A stretch of DNA of 64,000 nt from Longimicrobiales bacterium (GTDB lineage Bacteria; Gemmatimonadota; Gemmatimonadetes; Longimicrobiales; Gaopeijiaceae), in the NCBI GenBank assembly GCA_965249725.1, contig CBDFMQ010000002.1:1952001-2016000 (forward strand), given 5' to 3'. Below, piece after piece: positions 8,300-17,867 of this stretch; position 1 is the first letter of the stretch; every line of letters begins with the position of its first letter. A model generated the notes under the pieces. It had not been told where the DNA came from, searched no databases, and saw only the letters and a program-made list of their open reading frames with translations. Both the position numbers and the translations under genes were made by a program.

Positions 8300-9969
8300 T
8301 GGGGCCGTGCCGGTTCGATCCTGAGCAGCGCGCCCTCGTCCTCGGCGGTCAGGACATAGAGGAGCCCGTCGGGGCCCTCTTGCACGTCGCGGATTCGCTG
8401 TTTCAGCTCGCCAAGGAGCGATTCGCGACGCAGCTCTTCACCGTCTCCGTTCAGCACGATCCGCTCCAGATGACCCGTGCCCCGAATCCGACCCGTCATC
8501 ATTCCACCTGCGAAGAGGTTGCCCTCCCAGGCGGGGAAGCGGTTCCCGGTGTAGAAGGTCAAGCCCGAGGGCGCGATGGACGGCAACCACACGATCACTG
8601 GCTGCTCCATCTCCCCTTGCCAGGGCTGCTCCGCGACACGTGGCCCGTCGTACTCGCGCCCATAGGAGACCACGGGCCACCCGTAGTTTCGGCCTGAGAG
8701 GATCACGTTGACCTCGTCGCCACCCTGCGGCGCGTGCTCGCTCGTCCACAACGCCCCGGTCTCCGGGTGGATTGCGGCCCCCTCCTGATTGCGATGTCCG
8801 AGCGAGAAGATTTCCGGCTTGTACCCGGCTCGCCCGACGAACGGATTGTCGTCCGGCACGCTCCCGTCATCGCGCAGCCGCAGCACCTTGCCGACGTAGG
8901 CGCTCGGGTCCTGCGCACGCGGCCGGAGCGGGCTACCCGGCCCGCCGCCCGCCCCGCCGACGGTCATGTACAGCGTCCCGTCCGGCGCAAAGACGATCCG
9001 CGAACCGACAAAGGAAACCCCACCCCAGGAGTCGGCCACGAAGATATCGCGGACGTCACGAAGGGCCGAGCCGTCGAAGCGTCCACGCGCCAGGGCGATC
9101 GCAGGCCCGTCCTCGGCCGCTTTCGAGTAAGTGAGATAGACCAGGTTGTTATCGACGAACCGGGGATGGAGGGTGATGTCCAACAGGCCGCTACGCCCCC
9201 GTACCAGCACCTCCGGCACGCCCGCGATCGGCTCGGGGTCGAGCACCCCGTCGCGGATCACCCGCAGTCGCCCCGGCCGCTCGGTCACAAGGATGTCGCC
9301 GCCCGGCAGAAACGCCATTCCCCAGGGATACGAGAGGCCCTTGGTGACCACCACGACACGGACTTGCGGCTGCTCGAAGGTGTTGAAGACGACCGGCTCA
9401 TCCGGCAGGGTCACCAGCGGCACGCAGCTCAGCTCCGGGTTGTCCACCCCGTCCACAATCACTCCTTTGGCTGCCAGCCCTGCCAAGTCCGTGCACCTCA
9501 CCTTCGTATTCCCGAAACGGATCTCGTCGCCCGCTCCGAGCCCTTTGTTGTCGAGCAGAGTCTGAATGTCGGTGAGGTCGGGGTTGTTGACGAGGTTGAG
9601 GCTGAACAGGCTCGTGAGCCCGCCCAGGGAGCCGATGTCAGGGATGGAGTTGTTGCCGAGGTTGAGGGTCGTCAGGCTCGTGAGATTCTGGATTCCCACC
9701 AGGCTCATGATGTCGGCGGACTGGGCATCCAACTCCGTCAGCCCATATATCAGGCCGCAGGTAAGATCGTCCTGCGCATCGACGGAGAGCCCAGCCCTGA
9801 TCGCGGCCTCCATGTTGGCATCCTCGAACGTCGCGATGGCCGCGTCGGGGTGATCGCTACATAGCTGGTTGGGCCGAAGGACCTGCGCTTCAACCTGCGC
9901 TTCAACCGCAGACGGACTGGCGAGGACGAGTGTTAGGAGAAGGACCGAGGTGACACCAAGAGTCTTCAT
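8296..9969 (-). CDS. Secreted internalin-like LRR + PQQ-dependent sugar dehydrogenase (GSDH) fusion
   Basis: Signal peptide; LxxLxxLxLxxN repeats; then GLSYPWGMAFLP..ERPGRL, GHRNQEG, EHAPQGGDEVN, NYGWP, RIRDV. Confidence 0.85.
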   Translation of the reverse strand: MKTLGVTSVLLLTLVLASPSAVEAQVEAQVLRPNQLCSDHPDAAIATFEDANMEAAIRAGLSVDAQDDLTCGLIYGLTELDAQSADIMSLVGIQNLTSLTTLNLGNNSIPDIGSLGGLTSLFSLNLVNNPDLTDIQTLLDNKGLGAGDEIRFGNTKVRCTDLAGLAAKGVIVDGVDNPELSCVPLVTLPDEPVVFNTFEQPQVRVVVVTKGLSYPWGMAFLPGGDILVTERPGRLRVIRDGVLDPEPIAGVPEVLVRGRSGLLDITLHPRFVDNNLVYLTYSKAAEDGPAIALARGRFDGSALRDVRDIFVADSWGGVSFVGSRIVFAPDGTLYMTVGGAGGGPGSPLRPRAQDPSAYVGKVLRLRDDGSVPDDNPFVGRAGYKPEIFSLGHRNQEGAAIHPETGALWTSEHAPQGGDEVNVILSGRNYGWPVVSYGREYDGPRVAEQPWQGEMEQPVIVWLPSIAPSGLTFYTGNRFPAWEGNLFAGGMMTGRIRGTGHLERIVLNGDGEELRRESLLGELKQRIRDVQEGPDGLLYVLTAEDEGALLRIEPARPH

Positions 9970-10357
9970 GATTCTGCTCCATCCCGTCTTGAGGGGCTCA
10001 GACGGTGCTCAACATCCTATCCGCAGGCCGAGATACGCAAGCAGAACCGCCGAGAAGCGCCCTGGGATGTGCTCTCCGCTTGGTAAGGTCGTGTTTGGTG
10101 TAGGGGGGTGAACGAGGCGTTCTAATGGCTTAGAAAGCCACTACCTATGTTGCCGAAATGGGGACGCTATTTGCCGGTTATTGGCGTCTGATCCATCCGC
10201 GCTCTGAGGCCAGCGATTCGGCGAGTGAATCGTTCTCTGATTTCATCGACATTCACGGCCACAGGTCCGCCATCCGAGCTGAAAACGGTACTCGGGGTTA
10301 GTGGACGAAACCCTTGTGATGCCTTTAGAACTGTGAAAGACGGGACCCGTCGGTTCG

Positions 10358-10397
10358 GCTTACAAGGCAGCTGCTCTACCCACTGAGCTACGCCAGC
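10358..10397 (-). repeat. tRNA-Thr 5'-half copy (att site)
   Basis: GCTGGCGTAGCTCAGTGGGTAGAGCAGCTGCCTTGTAAGC; similarity ends just after the anticodon loop. Confidence 0.9.
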
Positions 10398-10439
10398 AAG
10401 ACGCGCGCGTAAGATAACCGCCTGCCGGGATCGGTTCGA
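10398..10439 (-). promoter_or_regulatory. Putative sigma70 stable-RNA promoter in front of the tRNA half-copy
   Basis: TCGAAC-N17-TATCTT followed by GC-rich discriminator ACGCGCGCG. Confidence 0.55.
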
Positions 10440-10500
10440 CCTTCGCGGATCTGTAGAGGGATCGGCTCAACGATCGACCAACCGGCCGAGGGCTGGAGCG

Positions 10501-10860
10501 CTATGCGCTCGGAAGGGCGTCCCCTACGGCCGAGAGCAGCACATCGCGATCGATCGGCTTGCTGAGCGCGGCGCATGCGCCCTCAGCCTTGGCCCGGGCA
10601 AGCAGGCTCGGGCCCTTCCCCGAGATGGCGATGATCGGTGTGTCGGGGAACAGCGCTTTGATCGACTGGATGAGCTCGATACCGTCGACGTTGGGCATTT
10701 GAAGATCCGTGATGACGAGGTCAAAACCCCGATTCAGATAGGCCTTGTACGCCTGTTCGCCACCGCGCGTGAGATAGACCTTGTGAACCGAGCCCTCGAA
10801 CACGGCCTGCAGCAGACGCTGATCCGTAGGTTCGTCTTCCACAATGAGTATTCGAGCCAC
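10501..10860 (-). CDS. Single-domain response regulator
   Basis: ILIVEDE...DLVITDLQMP..DG...ISG...SKP. Confidence 0.9.
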   Translation of the reverse strand: MARILIVEDEPTDQRLLQAVFEGSVHKVYLTRGGEQAYKAYLNRGFDLVITDLQMPNVDGIELIQSIKALFPDTPIIAISGKGPSLLARAKAEGACAALSKPIDRDVLLSAVGDALPSA

Positions 10861-10977
10861 GACACATCCTCAGGATATGGAGACTGGGTCCATGGTGCCG
10901 ACCCGTCCGGGATTCAGCCTATCAGCCCGGGCCAGAGCGCGTCAATATGAAGGCGACTCGTTGAAGCGCCTGGCAGC

Positions 10978-12411
10978 TCAGCGGACGATCTTCCAGCGTG
11001 TCCCGGCGGCGGAGTCTTCGAGGACGATTCCCTTCTCGGCCAACTCGTCCCGAATGGCGTCGGCGCGCTGAAAGTCACGACCGTCCCGAGCGGCGTTTCG
11101 CTCCTCGATGAGTGACTCGACCCAAGCCTCGACGTCACCGTCCACTTGCCGACCCTTTCGAGCCACCGCCAGGATGCCGAGCACCTGATCCATGGAGGCC
11201 AGCGCCTCTCGAGCCGCGGTGAGATCTCCGTCGGCAACTCCCTCGGCTCCATCCAGCTCACTATTGGCGCGATTCACGAAGACGAAGAGGGCCGCCAGCC
11301 CTTCGGCCGAGTTGAGATCGTCGTCCATGGCTTCACGGAAGGCATCCACGCCCTCGGCTGCGATCCGACCGAGAGCGCCGTCCTCAACCCCAGCCGCAGC
11401 CGTGGTCTCGTTGAGCCGGGCCTCGAAATCAAGGAGCCGCTGGATGGCCGCGGAGGAAGCGTCGAGCCCCTCGCGGGTGAAGTTCAACTCCCGGCGGTAC
11501 TGGGCACTCATGAGTTGGTGCCTGATGGCCGCCGGTTCGACTCCCTCCTCGAGCAGTTCTCGCACGGTGATCGTGTTGCCCAGGGACTTCGACATCTTCT
11601 CGCCCTCGACGATCAGGTGCTTCACGTGTACCCAGTGACGAACGAAGGGTTTTCCCGTGACACCCTCAGACTGTGCGATCTCGTTCTCGTGATGGGGGAA
11701 GACCAGGTCCTCCCCACCCATGTGGATGTCCAGGGTCTCCCCGAGTTCCGTGATGCTCATGACGGAGCACTCCAGGTGCCATCCGGGACGTCCCCTTCCC
11801 CAGGGCGAGTCCCAGGCGGCTCCCACGTCCTCATCCACCGGCTTGGCGGCCTTCCAGAGAGCGAAGTCCCGCACGTCTTCCTTCTCGTAGTCGTCCTCGA
11901 CAACCCGAGCGCCGGGCCGCGATGCATCGGGATCCAGGCCTTTGAGGCGTCCATAGCTTGGAAACTGGCCGATGGCGAAGTAGACCGATCCGTCATCCGC
12001 GCGGTATGCCAGCCCTTTGGCCTCCAAGCGTTCGACCCAATCCACCATCTGGGGGACGTACTCGGTGGCCAACGGATAGCTCCGCGCGGGCAGCATGCCC
12101 AGCGTCCGTGCGTCCTCCAGGATCTGTGCGCTGAAGGGCGCGGTGTAGTCCGTGATCGCTTTCCCGTCTTCCGCCGCCCGTTCGATGGTCCGGTCGTCCA
12201 CGTCCGTGAGGTTCATGACGAAGTCGACGTCGTACCCTGACCACGTCAGATAGCGATAGAGCAGGTCGTAGACCAGAAAGCTGCGGTAGTTGCCGATGTG
12301 GGCGTAGTCGTACACCGTCGGTCCGCACGCATAGAGCCTGACCTGGGGTGGATTCGCAGGCTCGAAGTCCTTAACCGCCCGGGTCAGTGTATCGTAGAAT
12401 CTCAGGGCCAT
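10978..12411 (-). CDS. cysS: Cysteine--tRNA ligase
   Basis: CGPTVY..HIGN, PGWHLEC, FPHHENE, KMSKS. Confidence 0.98.
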   Translation of the reverse strand: MALRFYDTLTRAVKDFEPANPPQVRLYACGPTVYDYAHIGNYRSFLVYDLLYRYLTWSGYDVDFVMNLTDVDDRTIERAAEDGKAITDYTAPFSAQILEDARTLGMLPARSYPLATEYVPQMVDWVERLEAKGLAYRADDGSVYFAIGQFPSYGRLKGLDPDASRPGARVVEDDYEKEDVRDFALWKAAKPVDEDVGAAWDSPWGRGRPGWHLECSVMSITELGETLDIHMGGEDLVFPHHENEIAQSEGVTGKPFVRHWVHVKHLIVEGEKMSKSLGNTITVRELLEEGVEPAAIRHQLMSAQYRRELNFTREGLDASSAAIQRLLDFEARLNETTAAAGVEDGALGRIAAEGVDAFREAMDDDLNSAEGLAALFVFVNRANSELDGAEGVADGDLTAAREALASMDQVLGILAVARKGRQVDGDVEAWVESLIEERNAARDGRDFQRADAIRDELAEKGIVLEDSAAGTRWKIVR

Positions 12412-12466
12412 GGGCCACCGTGGTTCGAGGTTTGTTTCGTTTCGAGGGGCCGCGAGGCGCGGGGGC

Positions 12467-12913
12467 TCACGACCGTGACAGGGGCAGCACTCGCAGCTCG
12501 GTTACGCGCCAACCTCCGCCCTCGGAGATGAAGGCGACGAAGACGGTCCGAGCCAGTATGTCCGACGTCCCCTGAATGCGGGACTCCCAACGGATCTCGG
12601 CATATCCCTTCCGAGGTTCTCCCCCGACTTCTTCGACGCGCGTCACTCGAGTAGCGACCGCTTCTCTGCTTCCCATGTATTCTCTGATGGAAGCCACGGC
12701 GTGTCGAGGATCCAAGGACCCCACGTGCCGCGCCTCCCACTGTATGCGAACGCCGGCCGGCGACAGGCTCCCCTCGAGTCCGGCGAACTCACTGCCCCCC
12801 CAGCGATCGGCGAAGGTCTCCGCGGCGTCCTCGAGCGACTGCCCGAGGCACACGTCGGTGGAGAGCCCGAGGGTCAGGACGAGCCCAACAGACAGCAGCC
12901 ACTGCCTCCTCAT
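12467..12913 (-). CDS. Hypothetical secreted protein
   Basis: Signal-like N-terminus; ATGA overlap with the pyrF stop. Confidence 0.65.
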   Translation of the reverse strand: MRRQWLLSVGLVLTLGLSTDVCLGQSLEDAAETFADRWGGSEFAGLEGSLSPAGVRIQWEARHVGSLDPRHAVASIREYMGSREAVATRVTRVEEVGGEPRKGYAEIRWESRIQGTSDILARTVFVAFISEGGGWRVTELRVLPLSRS

Positions 12914-13665
12914 GCCGAGGAAGCGTCCGTAGGCAATTCCAGCTGTGCCTCGGCCTGCGGCTCCTCTCGGGGGGGCGCCGACGCCGACGCCTGCGCCCGC
13001 ACCTGGGCCAACGCCTCTACCGGGTCGGGAGCGGCCGTGATGGAGCGGCCCACCACCAGATAGTCCGCCCCGGCTTCGGCCGCTGCGGCCGGAGTCGCAA
13101 CCCGGGCCTGGTCATGATGGTCGTCACCCCCCAGGCGGATGCCGGGCGTCACCACCAACAGGTCGGAGCCTACCAATCGCTTGATAGGGCCAGCCTCCAT
13201 GGGCGAAGCAACCACCCCGCCCACCCCCGCCTCCTTGGCCGACGCCGCGAGGCGTACCACCTCATCCCGCAAAGAGTCCAGCTCCCGGCCCCACACGGCT
13301 TCGACGTCGGACACCGCCATCGAGGTCAGCACGGTGACACCCAGCAGGGTCAGCTCATCACCCGCAGCCTCGGCGGCAGCGGCCATCATGGGCCCGCCAC
13401 CGGTGGTGTGCAGCGTCAGGAAGTCCACTCCGAGTTCCCGGGCGGCGCTGACCGACCGAGCCACCGTATTGGGAATGTCGTACAGCTTGAGATCGAGGAA
13501 GACCCGTTTCTCCCTCTGGGTGAGGGCCTTCACCATCTCGGGACCTTCACGGGAGAAGAGCTCCAAGCCCACCTTGTAGAAGTCCCCCGCGTCGCCCAGC
13601 GCCGTCACCAGGTCCAGTGCTTCATCGCGACTGGCGTAGTCCAAGGCAACGATGACTTCGGCCAT
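12910..13665 (-). CDS. pyrF: Orotidine-5'-phosphate decarboxylase
   Basis: IVALD, KVG, DLKLYDIPNT, TPGIR, VVGRSIT; start re-picked at ATG 13665. Confidence 0.96.
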   Translation of the reverse strand: MAEVIVALDYASRDEALDLVTALGDAGDFYKVGLELFSREGPEMVKALTQREKRVFLDLKLYDIPNTVARSVSAARELGVDFLTLHTTGGGPMMAAAAEAAGDELTLLGVTVLTSMAVSDVEAVWGRELDSLRDEVVRLAASAKEAGVGGVVASPMEAGPIKRLVGSDLLVVTPGIRLGGDDHHDQARVATPAAAAEAGADYLVVGRSITAAPDPVEALAQVRAQASASAPPREEPQAEAQLELPTDASSA

Positions 13666-13667
13666 GA

Positions 13668-14621
13668 TCAGCTCTCGCCTCCAGCGGCGTCGGCAGTGCT
13701 CTCTTCCCTCCCAAAGGCACCGATCAGCTCCTGAATGTTGTCGACACCGCCCCCCTTGCCGTATCGGGCAAGGCCTCGCACCACGCGTTGCGCGGCCCGG
13801 GGGTCGGCGAAGGTCGCGGTGCCGATCTGGACCAACGACGCTCCGGCCAGGAGGTATTGGATCGCATCGTTCGCCTCCATGATCCCGCCCACACCCACCA
13901 GCGGGACCGACGTTCGTTGTCGGGCGCGGTGCACCGCATGGACCCCCACCGCGCGGAGGGCCGGGCCGGACAGGCCACCCGGGCCCGCCCCGAGGGCGGC
14001 ACCCCGCGAGTCGACGTCGATAATCAGGCCTGGCATCGTGTTCACCAGGGTGATGCCATCTGCCCCGGCGGCCTCGGCCGCCTCGGCCACCGGCCCGATG
14101 TCGGGGACGTTGGGCGCGAGCTTGACGAGCAGCGGCCGTTTCGTGAGTGCCCTGGCCCCTGTGACGACCTCGCGAAGCGCATCCGGGTCGAGCGCGAAGG
14201 GCAGTCCACCCAAACGTGTGTCGTTGGGGCACGAAAGATTGAGCTCGTAGCCCAGGAATCCCCCCACGGACTCGAGGGCTTCGACGATGCGCCAATACTC
14301 GTCTGCGACATGTCCGGCAACGCTCACGAAGATCTGCAGACCGGAGAGATGCTCCTTCATCCAGGGCAGCTTCTCTTCGCATACCTTCGCGACGCCCGGG
14401 TTGGCCAGGCCAATGGAGTTCAGCATGCTATTGCCCGCCTCGACCACCCGCGGTGCCGGGTTGCCCGCCCGCGGCTCCAACGTGACCGACTTGGTCACGA
14501 TGCCCCCTAACGCATCCAGGTCGAGAACGTCTCTCAGCTCCTCCCCAAAGCCGCAAGTGCCCGCGGCCAGGAGCACGGGATTCCTGAAGGTCGCCCCGAA
14601 GAGGGTCTGATCTAGTCGCAT
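13668..14621 (-). CDS. pyrD: Dihydroorotate dehydrogenase (family 1 catalytic subunit)
   Basis: NSIGLANPG, NLSCPN, VKLAP, LVNT, GGLSG; start re-picked at ATG 14621. Confidence 0.95.
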   Translation of the reverse strand: MRLDQTLFGATFRNPVLLAAGTCGFGEELRDVLDLDALGGIVTKSVTLEPRAGNPAPRVVEAGNSMLNSIGLANPGVAKVCEEKLPWMKEHLSGLQIFVSVAGHVADEYWRIVEALESVGGFLGYELNLSCPNDTRLGGLPFALDPDALREVVTGARALTKRPLLVKLAPNVPDIGPVAEAAEAAGADGITLVNTMPGLIIDVDSRGAALGAGPGGLSGPALRAVGVHAVHRARQRTSVPLVGVGGIMEANDAIQYLLAGASLVQIGTATFADPRAAQRVVRGLARYGKGGGVDNIQELIGAFGREESTADAAGGES

Positions 14622-14637
14622 GTGTCCGTCGATGAAG

Positions 14638-16041
14638 TCATCCGCCGGGTCCACCCACCAAGAGTCGTCGGGCCTCCAACTCCTCGTCGGCCCGGGACAG
14701 GATCTCGTCCAGGCCTGCCTGCAGTCGGGCCTCAAGGTCGGTCAGGTCCGGTCCCTCGTCACCCCGACGAGCATAGCGCACGTAGGCGTTTCCCGGGAGT
14801 GCCCGCAGGCGTCCGTCGAGCCGCTCGCGCTCCTCCGGGCTCACTTCCAGAGCCCGAGCCGCCAGCAACGCCTTACCGGACCATGCGGACTCTTCCGGGT
14901 CGTCGGCATAGCTCCGGAACAAGGCCGCAGCGATTCGAGGGGCGTCGAGAACATCCCTGGCGATCTCTGCCGCGGCGAAGTAAGCGAATCGCTCTCCTAC
15001 CCGCCCGTATTCCACGAGGAGCTCCACCCTACGCATGCCGTTCAGGAGTTCCTGAGCCTCTCCGTAGGCGACCGCCGGCAGGAGGACCGACCTCGCCAGG
15101 TCGAAACCCTCCACCCGGTCCGCATCGGCCAGGCCCCATCGTGCCAGGGTCACGCGGGCATCGAACGCCTGCTCTCCTACTCCCCCTCCGACGCGACGCG
15201 CATCGGCCAGGGCACGGATCGTGTCACCGGCCTGGTATGCGAACCGGGCTCTGGTCATCAGCAGCCTGTCCCTCTCGGTGCGAGACCAGCGTGCCCGCTC
15301 GGCATTGACCATGACGTCCACGGACACCGCCGGGCTCCACCGCTCCGCCGCCCGGTGCAGAAGTCGGCGGATGGAGTCGCCGTAGACCCGGGCATTGCTC
15401 GTGAAGATGAGGGTCTGGACACCGCCCAGGGTCCTGGCCGAATCTCCGAGCGCGATACCCCAGATCAGGCGCTCCAGGCCGGCGGGAGCCACATGGGTAC
15501 GGTGTGCTTCCGCCGCGCGGTCCAGATCCCACCATCCCTGGTCTACGTATCCCTGTTGGAGCAGCGCCCGCGCGCGCCAGAGGTGGCCTTCGGCCTTGAT
15601 CAGCCGATCCGTGACCGTGACGAGAGCCTCGTCCAGGAGGGGGGCGCCGAGGGCCGGCCGGCCCGACGCAACGTCCACGGCACCCAGGTAAAGCGTCGCC
15701 TGCCGACGCACGACGGGGTCGCCGCTTACAGTCAGAACGCGTTCGAGCGCCTCTTCGGCGCTGCGGAGCGATCCCCTTCGGAGTTGAGCTTGACCGATGA
15801 GCAGCAAGGCGTCGTCAGACCACTTGCCCTCTTGGTCCTCCGCGTACGCTTCCGTGGCCTTGTCGATGACTTCGTCGTAGCGCTCGGCCAACGCAGTGTC
15901 CTGCCCGGCCAAGCGAGCCAGTTCGGTCTCTCGGTACAGCTCCTTCGCGTTGTACATCGTGTTGAAGTACACGCATCCGGACAGGACTCCGGATGCGACC
16001 GCGGAGAGAATCAGAGCCCGCAAGGCAGGTGCCGGACTCAC
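14638..16041 (-). CDS. TPR-like lipoprotein
   Basis: Lipobox LSGC then VYFNTMYNA; helical repeats. Confidence 0.7.
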   Translation of the reverse strand: MSPAPALRALILSAVASGVLSGCVYFNTMYNAKELYRETELARLAGQDTALAERYDEVIDKATEAYAEDQEGKWSDDALLLIGQAQLRRGSLRSAEEALERVLTVSGDPVVRRQATLYLGAVDVASGRPALGAPLLDEALVTVTDRLIKAEGHLWRARALLQQGYVDQGWWDLDRAAEAHRTHVAPAGLERLIWGIALGDSARTLGGVQTLIFTSNARVYGDSIRRLLHRAAERWSPAVSVDVMVNAERARWSRTERDRLLMTRARFAYQAGDTIRALADARRVGGGVGEQAFDARVTLARWGLADADRVEGFDLARSVLLPAVAYGEAQELLNGMRRVELLVEYGRVGERFAYFAAAEIARDVLDAPRIAAALFRSYADDPEESAWSGKALLAARALEVSPEERERLDGRLRALPGNAYVRYARRGDEGPDLTDLEARLQAGLDEILSRADEELEARRLLVGGPGG

Positions 16042-17396
16042 GGTCGAGGGCCGGTGACGGTCTCGCCCTGCCCGGGTGGGTAACGCTCGAAGAAGTCGCG
16101 GATGGCGCGCGCCATGGCGTCCGCGAGCTGCGCCTGAAACTCGCCTCGCGAAAGCAGTCGTTCTTCCTCACGATTCGTAACGAACCCTACCTCGACGAGC
16201 ACCGCCGGCATGAGGGCGTTCGTGATCACCGCCAACGGAGCCTGCTTGACCCCACGACTCGGTCCTGGATGCACGGTCTCCAGTTGTCTCTGCACACCCT
16301 CCGCTAGCAAGGAGGACCAGTGCGTGTGATCCAGATTGCGGAGCTCCCTGAGGATGAACCCGAGGTCCTCTTGGTCTTCCTGGATCGCTCCGTCCTCCCG
16401 ATCGATCTGTAGCGGGGCATTCTCGTTGGCCGCCACCCGGCGTTCGTGCTCCGTGCGTGCATCCGAGAGGAAGTAGGTTTCGAAGCCGCGGACCGCTCCC
16501 CGGTTCGGCAGCGCATTCGCATGGATCGAGACGAAGACACCGGGGCGGTCACCCTTCCACTCGGTGGCGAGCTCACCACGCTCCCAAAGCGGAACGAGGA
16601 CGTCGCGGTCCCTGGTGAGGTGCACCTCCAGCGTCTCGTCTCCGCGGAGCTCCCGGGCGAGGGCCCGGCCAACGGCCAGAGCGATGTCCTTCTCACGCCG
16701 TCCGCCGGGTCCCGACGTCCCAGGATCCCTGCCACCATGTCCCGGATCGATGATGACCACTCGCTTGACCGGTAGTGCGGCCTCGGCCTCCGCATCGCCG
16801 AGGGGAGCCGCGGCGTCCTCCTCAGGCATCGGGTCGCCACTTGGAGCGGTCGGGGTTGTGGCGACGCCTGCCGCCTCCTCGGGGGGCATGGTCGGAACGT
16901 CGGACGCCAGCCCGGCCCAGACCGCGGCATCCCGAATGTGCAGGGCCCCCACGTCCGAGACGTATGCGTACGTCTCCTCGAGCCGAACAGGCAGAAAATC
17001 CAGAACGAACTGGAGGGGCACGTGCACGGCCCCTTCCACCTCGAAGGGCACGTCTACGAGCTGGAGTACCTGTCGGTTCCACCGGAAGAGCGGCACCCCG
17101 AACGAGAATTCGACCACCGACCCGCCATCCACGGTCGTGGCCCGCAGCCCGGTGTGGCTCGATTCCAGCGCCCAACCCAGCCCCCTCAGAGTCGCTCCGC
17201 TGAGCGAGGCATACCCGCGGGAGCGGTCAATCGGCAGCGATGCCGTAGCACCGTCCGGTCCTCGAACCGCGAGCAGATCCGTACCCTGGGCTCGACCGTC
17301 CTGAGGAAGCGCACCCGTCCCGACGGCGACGGCGGCCATCCAACAAACCAAACCAGGTGCGAACCCGACCCGCGAGAATCCGGATCGCGGCCTCAT
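16038..17396 (-). CDS. N-acetylmuramoyl-L-alanine amidase (Amidase_3)
   Basis: IDPGHGG.DPG, EKDIAL, SIHANA, VLVEVGF. Confidence 0.93.
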   Translation of the reverse strand: MRPRSGFSRVGFAPGLVCWMAAVAVGTGALPQDGRAQGTDLLAVRGPDGATASLPIDRSRGYASLSGATLRGLGWALESSHTGLRATTVDGGSVVEFSFGVPLFRWNRQVLQLVDVPFEVEGAVHVPLQFVLDFLPVRLEETYAYVSDVGALHIRDAAVWAGLASDVPTMPPEEAAGVATTPTAPSGDPMPEEDAAAPLGDAEAEAALPVKRVVIIDPGHGGRDPGTSGPGGRREKDIALAVGRALARELRGDETLEVHLTRDRDVLVPLWERGELATEWKGDRPGVFVSIHANALPNRGAVRGFETYFLSDARTEHERRVAANENAPLQIDREDGAIQEDQEDLGFILRELRNLDHTHWSSLLAEGVQRQLETVHPGPSRGVKQAPLAVITNALMPAVLVEVGFVTNREEERLLSRGEFQAQLADAMARAIRDFFERYPPGQGETVTGPRP

Positions 17397-17857
17397 CCGT
17401 GCTTGTCCATGGCCCGCCGGGCCTCTCGTTCCTGTGTCTGCCGCTTGAGCTTCTCGCGCTTGTCGTAGAGGCGACGGCCCCGCGCTACGGCCAGCGTCAC
17501 CTTGGCGTTCCCACGGCGGAAATAGACCTCCAGAGGCACGAGCGTGAGTCCCTTTTCCTCGACCTTGCCCACCAGGCGCCGTATTTCGTCGCGGTTCAAG
17601 AGTAGCTTGCGTGCACGATCAGGATCCACGTTGGCCCGGTTGGCTTGTTCGTAGGGGGCAATGTGGAGGCTGTAGAGCCAGACCTCGCCACGCTCGATGC
17701 GAGCGAAGGAGTCGCGAAACGCGACCTGGCCAGCCCGAAGGGACTTCACCTCGGGGCCCTTCAGCACGATGCCCGCCTCGTACGTATCGAGGATCTCGAA
17801 CTCGTGGCGGGCCTTCCGATTCCGATCCACTACTTTTCGGCCGTTTTCTTCGCTCAA
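17393..17857 (-). CDS. smpB: SsrA-binding protein
   Basis: NRKARHEF, EAGIVLKGPEVKSLR, RKLLL, YDKRE. Confidence 0.97.
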   Translation of the reverse strand: MSEENGRKVVDRNRKARHEFEILDTYEAGIVLKGPEVKSLRAGQVAFRDSFARIERGEVWLYSLHIAPYEQANRANVDPDRARKLLLNRDEIRRLVGKVEEKGLTLVPLEVYFRRGNAKVTLAVARGRRLYDKREKLKRQTQEREARRAMDKHG

Positions 17858-17867
17858 GTGGCGAGCC

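Larger units (their letters stand above)
5790..10397. mobile_element. Integrative element (degenerate) bounded by 40-bp direct repeats of the tRNA-Thr 5' half
   Basis: 5790-5829 and 10358-10397 are 39/40 identical; a tyrosine integrase fragment and tandem repeats lie next to the left repeat. Confidence 0.8.

Noticed and set aside
10358..10397. Second functional tRNA-Thr
   Set aside because: Lacks the T-arm and 3' acceptor strand; it is an att remnant.
14620..16083. Long antisense ORFs (also 8734-9864, 11146-12240, 25045-26280, 41573-43267, 58696-59928)
   Set aside because: Shadow ORFs opposite clear genes, expected in high-GC DNA, with no recognisable motifs.
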